DNA of 64,000 bases from positions 7,378,001 through 7,442,000 of the forward strand of contig JBHGNT010000010.1 of NCBI GenBank assembly GCA_043228905.1, given 5' to 3'. Of the stretch, positions 1-13,400 are shown piece by piece. The notes under the pieces were generated by a model, which saw only the letters and a list, made by a program, of their open reading frames with translations, did not search any database and was not told the DNA's origin. The stretch's first letter is position 1. Every line of letters begins with the position of its first letter. Made by a program: the position numbers and the translations under genes. The DNA comes from Azolla caroliniana (Eukaryota; Plantae; Polypodiophyta).

Positions 1-29
1 TGGACAGAATCGTTCGCGCCACGATTCGG

Positions 30-461
30 ATGCACTTGTCGGAGTCAGTGTACTTCACAGTGCAATCATGCACGACAACGTTTGAACTTTGTAAAACATT
101 GTTGGAAACTTATGAAAAGAAGGTTGCCGCAACGAAGATGTATCTGATCCGGCGCCTCTACAACTTGTGGATGAAAGAATCTGATTCGGTTCAGGCACAC
201 CTCAACGAGTACGAAAGCATAATCTCCCAAATCTTGTCTCAAGGGACAACAATCGAGGATGAACTCAGAGCAATGATACTCATGAGTAGTCTCCCCTCTT
301 CATGGGAAACTTTCGTTACAACCGTGTGCAATGCTTCAACAACTGCAGTTAAGTACTCCGAAGTCACGAACGCAATCCTGACTAAAGCAACTCGGAGAAA
401 GTCTTTCGCCAAAGATTCGGCAGATGAAGCTTACATAGTACAAGGTTCGACCGACCGATAG
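30..461 (+). pseudogene. copia gag fragment (element A)
   Basis: LYNLWMKE...HLNEY...LMSSLPSSWETFV, typical copia gag; premature stop. Confidence 0.85.
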
Positions 462-674
462 AACAACCGGGGAAGAAGTTCTTCCCGACCGCCGAACAAT
501 TAGCGAAGCCGGAGCAAGTCCCGGGACAACCGAATCTGCAACTACTACAAGAAACCGGGACACATCAAAGCCGACTACCGGGCACTCAAAGCAAAAATCG
601 ACAAATCTCAGAGAGCAGATCAAAAGAGTAGTCGGCATGAGGAGGTCAACTACGTCGGCTCTTCAGCCGAAATT

Positions 675-2042
675 TTGACGACCGACCCGAATATACTGTC
701 CATAGAGAACCCAGTCAAATCAGAAGTTCTGCTCATGACTGAGGAATCGAGCACATGGCTCCTGGACTCGGGCACATCGTATCATGTGACACCTCACCAA
801 TCTCAGTTTCGGCAATACTCGGACTGGCACTCGGACTCAGTTCGAGTTGGAAACTCACAACACTGTGCTATAATCGGAATCGGCACCATAGAGCTCAATC
901 TTCTGGAAGGCTCTACACTTGTACTACACAACGTCCGACACGTTCCTAAGCTTTCAAGTCCCTTGATCTCAGTCGGACAACTTGACAAAGCCAGCATCCG
1001 TGCCGGATTCTCATCAGGAGGGTGGACACTCTACAAAGGGAACCTCGTACTTGCTCAAGGACCAAAGGTACATTCCTTGTATCCTTTATATGTCACACTC
1101 AAAGAGGGTGACTTACTTTTGGTTGATATCCCCGTGTCATCGTTATGGCACGGACGACTTGGACACCTCAGTAAGGCCAGCATAATGCACCTATCCAGAG
1201 CCGGTTTCATCCCCAAACTCTCCTTCTCGGATCACCAATTCTCCGAGCATTGCCAGTATGGCAAACAGGTAGCCACATCACACCCGACATCAGCACCAAG
1301 AGAATCGAGTCCCCTCGATTTGGTCCATTTGGACGACTGTGGCCCGATGCCACATCAGTCTCTCGGCGGTGCTTCGTACTTCGTCAGTTTCATTGACGAC
1401 TCGACTCGGAAGGTGTGGGCTTACCCCATCAGAACCAAAGATCGGGTGTTCTCGATCTTCTCCGAATGGCTTGCAATGGTCGAAAATCAGACCGGTCGGA
1501 AACTGAAATGTCTCTGAACCGACAATAAAGGAGAATTAAAGTCTGAAGAATTCGTCAAATTTTGCTGGGAACGCGGCATTCGACGTCAATATACGACACC
1601 CTATAGTTTGGAAAAGAACGGAATTGCTGAACGCATGAATCGGATGATTCAAGAACGCGTAACATCCATGCTCCAACACTCCAGATTGTCGGATGGCTTC
1701 TGGGTGGAGGTTCTACTTACGGCAGTACACATAATAAATATGTCGCAAAGTAGACCTCTAGGACTTCAAATACCTCAGGAAATATGGACTGGCAATAAGC
1801 CGAATTATGACAAACTGAGGATCTTCAATTGCGAGGCGTATGCTCTCATACCGAAAGACGACCGCCGGAAACTTGAACCAAGTTCAAGGAAATGTGTTTT
1901 TCTTGGATATGGATCCGACGGCGAGATCAGATACCGACTCTGGGACCCCGAGCACAGAAAAGCGTTCGAAGTTCTGACATCGTGTTCAATGAGTCGGCTA
2001 TGCATAAAACGGTCGAAACACCTAATGAAGTCCGAAGGGTAA
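675..2042 (+). pseudogene. copia protease + integrase (element A), with stops and frameshift
   Basis: WLLDSGTSYH, LWHGRLGH, FIDDSTRKVW, NGIAERMNR, KCVFLGY. Confidence 0.9.
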
Positions 2043-2551
2043 TATTTTCCGAAGTGCCAACCCTTCATGACGGCCCAACCCACAACACGAGATCAGTTTC
2101 ACGGGTAACCGACAACTCTCACACCGAATCCACCGATTCGGCACAACCGAATGGCTCGGCTCCCGACCATCCTGACCATCTGACATTGACACCCGGTGCG
2201 ACTAGTCCAATCATACCTCGCAGATCCGAGAGATTGTTGCAACCTCCGGAGAGGTACTCTCCCGGAATTTTCTTTACCGATGCCGGCGAACCGACGTCTT
2301 ACGAAGAAGCATTGGCATCTGCCGATTCAGCCCCATGGCATCTGGTGATGGAGTCGGAAATGCACTCCATTCGGGCAAATAAGAATTGGGACTTGGTCGA
2401 ATTACCGAAGAATTGACGTGCTCTTCCGTGTAAGAGGGTCTATCGACTAAAAGAGACGTCCAACTTGACCACCCGAAAGTACAAGGCCAAATTAGTTGTG
2501 AAGGGATTTTGACAAGAATATGGCGTCGACTTCGACGAAATCTTTTCAGCA

Positions 2552-4977
2552 GTGGTGAAAATGACGACCCTTCGTTTCATGCTTGGCGTCGTGGCCACCG
2601 AAAACTTGGAGCTGATTCAGCTAGATGTAAAAACGACATTCCTCCACGGTGACCTACAGGAGGAAATCTATATGGAGCAGCCGAAAGGCTTTGTGGCATC
2701 CGGCCAGGAACATCTAGTCTGCCGACTCAAGAAGAGTCTCTACGGCCTGAAACAGGCAGCCCGACAGTGGTATAAGAAGTTCGACAACTTCATCCAATCG
2801 GTCGGCTTCTCAAAGAGCGATGAGGACCACTGTCTCTTCACCAAAACAACTCAAGACGGGTCTCCCGTCTTCCTCATCATCTACGTGGACGACATGCTAC
2901 TCTCTGGTCGGCATGTCGGAGAGCTCACCAAAATCGTTCGGCAACTACGGTTGAAGTTTGCCATGAAGGACCTCGGTCCGGCAAGACACATACTTGGTAT
3001 GAAGATTAGTCGGTATCGCGATACACGACAACTTTTCTTGTCTCAAACTGACTACATCGGATGTGTCTTAGAACGCTTCAACATGCAATCGACCAAGTCT
3101 GCTTTGACCCCGCTCCCCATTAACCTTCGGCTGTCTCGGCAAGACTGTCCGACATCCGGTCCGGAGGGAGAAGATATGAAGTCGGTACCGTATGTACCGG
3201 CAGTCGGCTCCCTCATGTACGCGATGGTCGCGACACGACCTAATATTTCTCACGCCGTTGTCGTGAAGTACGAAAGCTTCACATTAAAAGTCTACAATAA
3301 AATAAATACGTAACTAAAATAACATTTGATCATGTTTTATATATAAAGATAATATTAACAACACATATGATAATATTATATATATGTAAAGAAAAATAAT
3401 ATATATATATAGATAAATATATTATATTACACGAACAAGAGAGGACTTGAACCAATAACCCCACCCTATGACTCTCAAATCTTACCATTTATTCTATACT
3501 AGTAATATACATAAAATAAAGCATACTTTATATATACTTTATATTACATAAAGGATTTGCTTCATGATATAAAAATAAAGTTGTATGTTGTATTCAATAG
3601 TATTTTGAGACTCAAACCCACAACCTCATACACCGAAGTCAACACACCTACCATTAGGCTAGGCCCTTTCTCTTTAAGATTATATTTTCATGTTTATTAT
3701 TATTGCATATATTGTTTCATACATAAAAGCTCAAATGAGCGAGATGTTTATCATGCATCACATGTAATGCATGAACGCCAAATGGCGATCATGCATCACA
3801 TGCATTTCATGCACTACATGCATGACTTGTACCCTCCAATGCATCATATGTATGGGGGCACCTATTTAAATGGTGAAAGAGAAGATCAAAGGGAGATATG
3901 TATGAGATATCAATCAAATTATGTATTACATAAGAGATACCATAAAAATAGAGAGAGAAGGGAAGAAGTTTAACATAAACGTGGAGCTCTAGCTTGGCGG
4001 TCGTGGTGGTCAACTCTCAACAAGAGGGAGGCGGTTCGAGCCTTATCTTCATCAAAATATTGAAGTGAAGGTTGCAGTGGTCTACGATCAAGAAAGAGAA
4101 GAGCGATTACCTTGCAAGACAAAGTTCGGAGGTTCAACGACGTGCACAATCATTTTGTAACTCTTTCATGAAAATGATTACAAATTTCATACACTTTCTC
4201 ATATATTATTTTATATCTTATCTTGTCTTATCTTATATTCCTTAAAAATCCTATTTTGTCATATCTTATTGATCTCTATTCACTCTATCTCTACTCTTTC
4301 GTCTCTTCCGTCCATAATCCCTGTGATTCCTTCCTCACTTTCACGTTATCCTTTGTGTGCGCAACGCTACGCTTCTAGGCGAGCCACGTCACGACACCGT
4401 AGGAGTCGTCAACAGATTCATGCACAACCCTGACTGATCGCACTGGAACACAGTCAAGCATGTGTTCAGATATCTAGCTGGCACAAAAGACCATGATATT
4501 CTTTTCGGCCCGAACTCAATTTCAGGTGTAGTCGGTTACACCGACTCGGACTTCGCTGGCTGTGTGGATAGTAGGAAATCAACAACCGGATATTGTTTCA
4601 AATTTGGTAATGGAGCAATCTCGTGGAAGTCAAAACTTCAGGAGTGCACATCCACCTCAACGACCAAAGCGGAATATGTAGCTGCGTCCGACGTGGCAAA
4701 AGAAGCTTTATGGCTATGTCGGCTGGCGCACACGTTTCGACAGGTTGACTTCGACTCGGCTCCAGTTTTCTACAGCGATAGTCTGGGTGTTGTTGCTTTG
4801 TCAAAAAATCCGGTTTACCACAACGCCTCTAAGCATATCGACGTTTGATATCACTTCGTTCGGGACTGCATCATTTCAGGGAAAATCAGTCTCGAGAAGA
4901 TATCCACAACCGATAATGTCGTAGATGGAATGACCAAGTGTCTTTCGGCGGATCGTTTCCGGTCCCTTCGGCACTAG
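2552..4977 (+). pseudogene. copia RT + RNase H (element A), split by solo LTR W
   Basis: RT motifs run to ...RPNISHAV at 3258 and resume GVVNRFM after 4400; RNase H ORF 4462-4848. Confidence 0.9.
3259..4396 (+). mobile_element. solo LTR W (TGTCGT clade), 1138 bp, 4-bp TSD CCGT
   Basis: Termini TGTCGTGA...TCACGACA (8-bp inverted repeat). CCGT at 3255-3258 and 4397-4400; removing the insert restores the host RT frame. Homologous to the LTRs of element Z. Confidence 0.9.
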
Positions 4978-5204
4978 ATGGGTGTAACGAAAAATCGGTC
5001 CGGTTAAAGTCGGACACAACACAGGATGGTTTCAGACCACCGACATTGGTTCTTTGAGGATCGGCTTTAGCTCTTCCGGCCCGACCTATTCGGTCTTCTG
5101 TCTGCGGATCTTGCCGATTCTGACAAAACTGATTTATTTGATAAACCTTGTATATATACCTGTAATTCTTTAGATAACCCATGTATATGCCCATTACGGG
5201 GGAG

Positions 5205-5459
5205 TGTCGAATACGAGTGTATAATGGCCATATTCACACTGTCCCTTTGGACAACCCAAGTTTGGGCTATTTCTGTAAATAGCATAAAGGGCAGTTGCCC
5301 TAGGATAGTCACTATATAAAGTGGCTTTGTAACCTTTAGTGAAGGTTGGTTATCTTTTGTAACTGTTGCTATTGGAATATAACAATTTCCTTTTGTGCCT
5401 CTGTGTGTGTGTGTGTGTGTGTGTCTATCTTGCTCATGCATACACAGATTCCTTCATCA
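5205..5459 (+). repeat. 3' LTR of copia A, with (GT)n at about 5402-5424
   Basis: Starts TGTCG right after the PPT, has a TATATAAA box, ends ...CATCA. The right end is inferred because no second LTR is in the window. Confidence 0.7.
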
Positions 5460-5494
5460 CGAATGTTGCTTGCAGTTCCGCATTGACGGCCTTG

Positions 5495-6605
5495 TCCCCA
5501 ACACTGATCTACTGCGACAATATGAGCAGCATGCGGCTTGCCAAGAACCCCGTGTTCCATGCTCACACAAAGCACATACAAGTGCATTATCACTTCGTGC
5601 GTGAGCGGGTCCTGAGCGGTGAAGTAGAACTTCAGTATGTACATACGAATCGGCAAGTTGCCGACATCTTCACCAAACCACTCAGATTGGAAAAGTTGCA
5701 GCACTTCACTGAAATGCTTGGTGTTTAGCATCTCGACGTGCCACACTTGAGGGGGAGAACGGGAACGGGCAAAGGCAAAGAGACTATCGATTGCGCCGGT
5801 AAGGGAAGAACCGACAAAGGGGGAGACAAGAAGAAGAAAGGGGCCGAGTCGATAAAGGAAGTTGACACATCCGAACAAGTCGGAATAAGAGGCAGCGGCG
5901 ACAGAGCCGACCGGAAGAAGAAGGCCAAGACCCGGACATGGTCCGATGTGGTGAAGGGCCTAGAACCGGAAGACGAATCGGGAGCAACCGATTCAGACAA
6001 GACTTGGAACGAATCGGAGACAACCGATTCGGTTTAATAGATGGATTCGGAAGAATTGGATCATTTCAAGGCCAAGAGGATGAGAACGTAGCAGAAGTCG
6101 ACGCCAACACGAAGGAATCGACGAATCAACAAGCGTCGAAGTCACAACAGTGAGGGAGCTGAATTGGGCCTGTTGAGCAGACAAGACGACTGAGGAGGTC
6201 GAGGTGTGCAAGAACAGAAGGGTCGCGGCAAACGGGACCAGACCAGACAAGGAGCATGAGTGAGGCGGAGTGACGCTAGAAGGAGCCAGGAGGAAGGACC
6301 GGCTACCATGGAGACTGACACTACGATCCGACCTCAAGTTGAGCTTGAGGGGGAGTGTTGAGTGGCAAGCTCAACCGGATCCAGATCGGCTGAATAAGCT
6401 TGAGCCGGATCGACATCCGGAAGGATGAGCCGGATCGATGAGCCGGTGAGCTGGGGAGCCGGTTAGCTAGATGAAGCAGTAACCGGAAGCCAAGTAGTAG
6501 CTAGTCTACTAGGGAGTTAATATCTCGTAGTTAGTGTCAGACGCTCGTGTGAGCATTGAAGTACACCGTACTTCTGTCAGTCTGTATGGACTTGTATAAA
6601 AGTGT
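5495..6605 (+). mobile_element. 3' fragment of a copia family-B element (RNase H, tail ORF, PPT, truncated LTR from 6356)
   Basis: IYCDN..NPVFHAHTKHIQVHYHFVRE; colinear with 45550-46700. Confidence 0.88.
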
Positions 6606-8827
6606 GTTGTAATGCGATCGAATGGGATTGTGCATAAATATGCTGACGACTCTAACGACATGAGTAATGTCAGGTCGTGTTGCGACCATCGTGTACATCA
6701 AGGAGCCGACTACTGGTGCATACAATACCGACTTCATAACTGCCTCCTCCAGACCAGATGTCAGGCAATCTCGCTGAGACATCCGAAGATTAATTGGGGG
6801 TAGGGTCGAATAAGATTTGGCCGATTGCATGTTGAAGCATTCTAGGAGACGCCCAATATAGTCAGATTGAGACAAAAATAGTTGTCGTCTAAGACCGAGG
6901 TCCTTCATCCCAAGAATGTGTCTTGTCGGACTGAGGTCCTTCATGGCAAACTTCAACCATAGTTTCGAAACAAGTTATGAGAGATCTCTCGTGTGTCAAC
7001 CGGAGAGTAACATGTTGTCCATTTAGATAATGAGGAAGATGGGAGACCCATCTCTAGCTGTTTTGGTGAAGAGACAATGGTCCTCATCTCTCTTTGAGAA
7101 GCCAACTGATTGGATGAAGTTGTCAAACTTCTTGTACCACTGTCACGGTGCCCGCTTTAGGCCGTATAGACTCTTCTTGAGTTGGCAGACTAAATGTTCT
7201 TGGCCGGATTCCACGAAGCCTTTCGGCTGCTCCATATAAATTTGCTCCTCTAGATTGCCACGAAGGAAGGCCGTTTTTACATCTACCTGGATTGGTTCCA
7301 AGTCCTCGGCTGCCACTTCGCCGAGTAGAAATAGAAGGGTCATCATTTTTACGATTGGTGAAAAATCTCGTCGAGGACAATGCCATATTCCTATCAAAAA
7401 CCTTTTGCTACTAATTTGGCTTTGAATTTTGGGGTGGCTGAATCAGACGCCACTTTTAATCTGTAGACGCACTTGCACAAAAAAGCACGTTAATTTTTCA
7501 GTAGTTCAACTAAGTCCCAAGTCTTGTTTGCCCGAATGGAGTTCATTTCTGACTCCATCGCCAAATGCCATGCGGCTGAATCAGCTGATGCCGATGCTTC
7601 TTCGTATGACGTCAATTCTCGGGCATTCATGAAGAAGACTCCAAGAGAGTACCTCTCAGGGGGTTGCGATAGTCTCTTGGCTTTTCAACGTATGACTAGA
7701 CTAGTTGCATCGGGTGTCGTAGTCGGATGGTCCAAAGCCGAATCATTTGGCTGTGCCGAGTCTAGTGTTGCCAAGTGGGTTCGAGGGGATTCGGCTACCC
7801 GTGAAGTCAACCTCATGTTATGGGCTAGGCCATCATGAAAGGCTGGCACATCTGAGAAGGTTACCCTTCAAACTTCAATAGGCCTTTTGGCCGTCTTGTG
7901 CATAGCCGACTCATTGAACACTACATCCGAACTTCAGAAAATCTGTTTGTGCTCGGGGTCTCAAAGTCGGTATCCGATCTTGTCGTTTGGTTCATAGCCA
8001 AGGAAAATACATTTCCTGGACTTCAACGGTTTCCTTTTGGTATGGGGACGTATGCCTCACATCGGAAAATCCTCAACTTGTCATAATTCGGCTTCCGGCC
8101 GGTTCATAATTCCTGAGGTACTTAAAGTCCTAGATGCCTAGTCCGTGACATGTTAATTATGTTTATTGCCATAAGCATGGCCTCTTCCTAGAATCCATCC
8201 AATACTCTGGAGTGTTGGAGCATGGACACTAAATGTTCCGAAATTGTTCGATTCATTTGTTCAGCAATTCCATTCTGCTTCGGACTATAGGGTACTGTAT
8301 ATTCACGTTGAATGCCGCGTTGTTGGCAAAATTTGACGAATTCTTCGGACTTGAACTATCCTCCGTTGTCAATTTGAAGGCATTTCAGGTTTCGACCAGT
8401 CTGGTTCTCTACCATGGCAACTCATTCTTGGAAGATCGAGAACACTCAATCTTTGGTTCTTGTTGGGTAAGTCCACACTATCTTGGTTGAGTCGTCAATG
8501 AAATTGAGGATGTAGGAGGAGCCACTAAGGGACTAATGTGGCATCGGGCCATAGATGTCTGAATGGACTAAATCAAGTGGACTTGATTCTCTTGGTAATG
8601 TTGTCGGGTGTGAGGTTGTGGCCTACTTGCCATACTAGCAATGCTCGCATAATTAATGATTAGAGAATGAGAGTTTGGGGATGTATCCGACTCTAGATAA
8701 ATGCGTCATGTCGGCCTTGCTGATGTATCCGAGTCGTCCATGCCATAGTGATGACATGGGAATATCAACTAGCAACAAGTCACCCTCTCTGAGTGTGACG
8801 TACAATGGGTAGAGAAAATGTACTTTC
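6606..8827 (-). mobile_element. degraded internal fragment of copia family A (integrase to RT), inverted relative to element A
   Basis: Minus-strand peptides match element A: LYPLYVTLREGDLLLVDIP, EQPKGFVESGQEHLVC, MKFAMKDL. Confidence 0.88.
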
Positions 8828-11800
8828 CGTTGGGAAAACGGGGTCCTCCAAATGGGATGAGCCGAATCGATGAGCAAACTGGTCGAGGCTGAAGCTGAAA
8901 ATCGAAAACCAAAATTGAGAATGATGATCGATTATGAATGATTTGAGGGGCCATCATTGTAAATAGTCTAAATGTGCCCCCTTGTGGGCTATATTTGTAA
9001 ATAGCTTGAAAGTTGTTTTAGTATATAAGAAACTAGGGCAAAACCTTATAATGTAGTAGAATCATTATAGTTATAAGAAGTTATACAGAAGTTAGCTGCC
9101 TCTGTAACTGTGTAAGTGAGAGAGAGAGTGAGAGATAGAGAGTGAGCTTAACTCTGTCGCCGTTTATGAGACGAAGGAGAACTCGAGTTCATTGACTCCA
9201 AGTATCTTATTGTACTCCCCCTCATCATAGTGATCTAGTTCAGAGTTCGATGACTCTCTTGATTTTTCCCTTTTTCGGGTTTTCCACATAAAAGATCTTG
9301 TGTCTTTGTTTTACGTTTTTCGGTCCTCTCGTTTTCTGTCTGTGTACTGTTTATCGCGATTCCTTGCACTCTTACATTCAAAGCAAATCCGGTTGTGGCC
9401 GGTCACGATCCTAATAAAGTGGTATCAGATCAATGGATGAATATTTCGGCGGCGTGTTCAAACTTATCGGCTCCAACTATTCAATGTGGAAGTCGAAGAT
9501 GCGGGACATGTTGGCTGCCAGTGTAGTTTGGCAAAAGCAAGCCAGAAAAGAATCGATGCATCGACTTGGGAAGTCATGCATATGAAGGCAACAACATATA
9601 TAAGGTGTTTTATAGACATGATTCTATACAACAACTTTGATGAAGAGACGCATGCCAACGTCCTATGGAAGAAGATTGGCGTGATGCTCGAAAACAAGAA
9701 TGCCGTGAACAAAGTCTCAGTTTTCAGAAATATCGTGACACTCCAGTATCAAGACGGTTCCATCATGGTGGAGCACATTAATGCCTTCCAAGGATTGATG
9801 AATCAAACCACCTCTCTAGAAGTACCTCTTGCCGATGAGGTATTAGCACTGTTGTTGATGGGATCCCTTTCGGATATCTGGGAAATGCTAGTTGTCACAT
9901 TGGGCAACGCGGGACTGGATGGGAAACATCTATCCCTAGAGCAGGTGAAGTTGAGCTTACAAAATGAGGAAGCTTGTCGAAAGGACTGAGATTCCAATAC
10001 CGACCCGAAGGCCCTTGTCATGGAAAGTGTCATGAATAAAGGAAGAGGCCGAAATTGAAGTCCCCAGAATCGAGATAAGTCGGGGACAAGGTCGACGTCG
10101 AGGGGAAGGCCCATGTCCTTCTATTGTGGGAAGCCGGGGCATTTCCAAAAGAATTACTGTCACTTTCGAAAGGAGAAGGGGGGAGTTGATGGTGTAGAGC
10201 AAAAGAAAATACCGGTCAAAAAGAACGCCTCAGCAATCGCCGTGAGTGAAGAGGAGTAGTTGTTCATTAGTGAACAAAATGAAATCAACCTCGCCGGTGA
10301 AGAATTGACATGGGTGGTCGATTCGGGTGCGTCGTTTCACCTAACCCCCGATCGAAAGTGCTTGTCATCATACAAGGCCGGAGACCATGGTCTTGTAAAG
10401 ATGGGGAATGAAGGACTATGCCGAATGTTCAGCATTAGAGATGTGTGTCTAGTAACGTTGACTGGATGTCGACTAGTGCTGAAAGATGTACGACACGTTC
10501 CGGAAGTCAGATTGAATCTGATATCATCCGTCGGCTGGATGATGAAGGCTACATGGGTAGCATCCGAAACGGAGTCATGAAGTTCTGCGAGGGGAGGCTG
10601 ATTGTGGCTCGAACCCAAAAGACTAGCACATTGTACATAATGAATGCTCAATTATGCCGAAACGAGGTAAACATGGCAGCCGACACAACCAGTGAGTTGT
10701 GGCATAAGACGCTATGCCACATGAGCCAAAAGGGAATACAGATGCTAGCCAAAAAAGAACTCCTACCAGAGGTGAAGAAAGTGCATCTGGATAAATGTGC
10801 TAATTGCTTGGCCGACAAACAGAACAGAGCCATGTTCCGACCGAGGCCTCCGATTTAGAGGAAAATCACTTTGGAACTCATACACACTGATGTATTGTAT
10901 GTAGATGCGAAGTCTCATTCGAGTGGACAATACTTTGTTACCTTCATTGATGATTACAGTCGTAAGTTATGAGCTTACGTGCTGAAAACGAAGGATGAAG
11001 TACTAGGTATTTTCAAGGAGTTCCAGGCGAGAGCCGAGAGAGAAATCGGTCGAAATTTTATGACAGTTTGGATAGACAATGGCGGAGAGTACCACGGACC
11101 GTTTGAAGAGTACTGCCAGACTCAAGGTATTCGGCTAGAGTACATAGTGCCCAAGACGCCGGAACTAAATGGGATGACCGAACGAATGAATTGGATTATC
11201 ATGGAGAGAGTCTGATGTATGCTGCGACATGCGAAATTATTGAAGATCTACTGGGCCGAGGCACTAATGACAATTATTTATGTGATAAACAGGTCTCCCT
11301 TGGTCCCACTAGAAGGTAACATACCACAAAGGGTATGGTCCGGCAAAGAGGTGTCATATCGACATCTAAGGGTGTTCGGTTGCCTGGCCTACATGCATGT
11401 GGCTAAGGACTAGAGGGGGAAACTCGATTCCAAGAGCTGATCATGTCTATTTCTCGGCTACAGCGAGAACGAATTCAGCTATCATTAATGGAACTTAGCC
11501 AAGAAGAAGGTGATTAGGAGCCGAGACATCGTCTTCATGGAAGCGAAGACGATTGTCGATTGGGAGATTGAGAATAAGTCTCCAACTACCGAATCGAGCC
11601 GAGTCGATGCTTGGTATAATCAAATAGAAGTTGATTCGATCTAAATCAAATTCAAGGATTGGGCAGCAGTGAAGGGACCATTGGGTAGCGATGAAGTGGA
11701 TACTTCGGTACCTGAAAATCACCTTGAATGTGTGTCTTCGATTAGACTTGGGTAACCCCACACTCGAAGGTTATACGGACTCGGACATGTCATTTGATGT

Positions 11801-12625
11801 AGATACCAGCTGATCCACGTCCGGGTACGTAATGACTTATGCAGGGGGAGTTGTTTCGTGGCAGTCTAGGTTGTAGAAGGCCATGGCGTTCTCTACCACG
11901 GAAGCCGAGTATATGGCCGCAACAAAAGCCAGTAAGGAAATCATATTGATGAAGGAGTTTATTGGTGAGTTGGGAATTCGACAAGATGAATTCTGACTCC
12001 ATTGCAATCCACCTTGCAAAAAACGCCGCCTATCAGTCGAGGACCAAACACATCTAGAGGATATATCATTGGTTCCGAGAGCAAGTAGAAGAAAAGGAGT
12101 TTGCTTTGATGAAGATCCACATGGCCGAAAATGGATCGGACATGCTGACAAAAGTGTTGTTCGCAGAGACGCTGAACAACTGCCGACAAAGGGTCAGATT
12201 GGTGAAGTACCCCATGCCGGAGTGAAGGGGGAGTTTTTTGGGAAAACGAGGTCCGTCTGGATGGGATGAGCCGAATCAATGAGCAAACTTGGTCGAGGCC
12301 AAAAATCGAAAACCGAAATCGAGAATCGATTATGACTGATTCGAGGGGCCATAATTGTAAATAGTCTGAATATACTTCATTGTGGGCTATATTTGTAAAT
12401 AGCCTGAAAGTTGTTTTAGAATATAAGAAACTAGGGCAAAATCTTATAATGTAGTAGAATCATTATAGTTGTAAGAAGTTACATAGAAGGTAGTTGCCTC
12501 TGTAACTGTGTAAGTGAGAGAAAGAGTGAGAGTTAGAGAGCGAGCTTAACTCTGTAACCGTCTTTCAGATGAAGAAGAACTCAAGGTCGTTGCCTCCGAG
12601 TATCATATTGTACTCCCCCTCATCA
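8828..12625 (+). mobile_element. Ty1/copia element C (Tnt1/Tork-like), most of RT deleted, 3' LTR truncated
   Basis: 5' LTR about 8828-9416, PBS TGGTATCAGA (tRNA-iMet) at 9420, gag 9486-9989, protease WVVDSGASFH, integrase, RNase H remnant, PPT TGAAGGGGGAG about 12223-12233, 3' LTR about 12236-12625 matching the 5' LTR. Confidence 0.9.
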
Positions 12626-13400
12626 AAATAGTGGTAGTTAATTAGCTACTTCTTGAAGGTACAAGCTAATTAGCTATTGCTAATCTAGAGTGTAGTAACT
12701 AATTAGCTACAATAGTACAATAGTGTAGTAGCTAATTAGCTATAGTTGTAAAAAAGCAGTAGCTAATTAGCAAAGCAGTGTAAACTGTGGTAGCTAATTA
12801 GCTACAGTAGTAAATTGTGGTGGCTAATAGCTACTTTGTGAAGGGCGGAAGCTAATTAGCTATTACACAACAATAGTGTAGTAGCTAATTAGCTAATTAG
12901 CTACTACACTAATTAGTAAAGTGTGGTAGCTAATTAACTACAGTAGTAAAATAGTGTTAGTTAATTAGCTATTTCGTGAAGGTACAAGCTAATTAGCTAT
13001 TGCCAATCTATAGTGTGGTAGCTAATTAGCTACAATGGTGGCTAATTAGGTACTTCGTGAAGGGTAGAAACTAATTAGCTATTGCACAACAATAGTGTAG
13101 TAGCTAATTAGCTACAGTTGTAAAAAAACAATAGCTAATTAGCTACAGTAGTAAAATAGTGGTACGTAATTAGGTATTGCCAAGCTATAGTGTGGTAGTT
13201 AATTAGCTAGAGTGCTGGCTAATTAACTACTTTGTAAAGGGTAGAAGCTAATTAGCTATTGCACAACAATAGCATAGTAGGTAATTAGCTAAAGTTGTAA
13301 AAATGTGGTAGCTAATTAGCTACAATAGTAAAATAGTGGTAGCTAATTAGCTACTTCGTGAAGGTACAAGATAATTAGCTATTGCCAATCTATAGTGTGA
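12626..13400. repeat. minisatellite built on the 14-bp palindrome TAGCTAATTAGCTA (left part)
   Basis: Roughly 30 copies by eye at 20-30 bp spacing, with recurring linker types. Confidence 0.92.

Larger units (their letters stand above)
1..5459 (+). mobile_element. Ty1/copia element A (5' end outside window), decayed, interrupted by solo LTR W
   Basis: Domain order gag (UBN2-like, CCHC remnant), protease WLLDSG, GAG-pre-integrase/integrase, RT (QLDVKT, YGLKQ, IYVDDML), RNase H (YTDSDFAG, SWKSKLQ). PPT ACGGGGGAG 5196-5204, then a TG...CA LTR. Confidence 0.93.

Noticed and set aside
3557-3973. 138-aa His/Met-rich ORF
   Set aside because: Lies in solo LTR W and arises from CATG/TGCA-rich low-complexity sequence; no domain recognised.
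1070-8827. Large inverted repeat between the two family-A copies as a hairpin-RNA locus
   Set aside because: The arms are clearly diverged and interrupted by other insertions; two independent insertions explain it.
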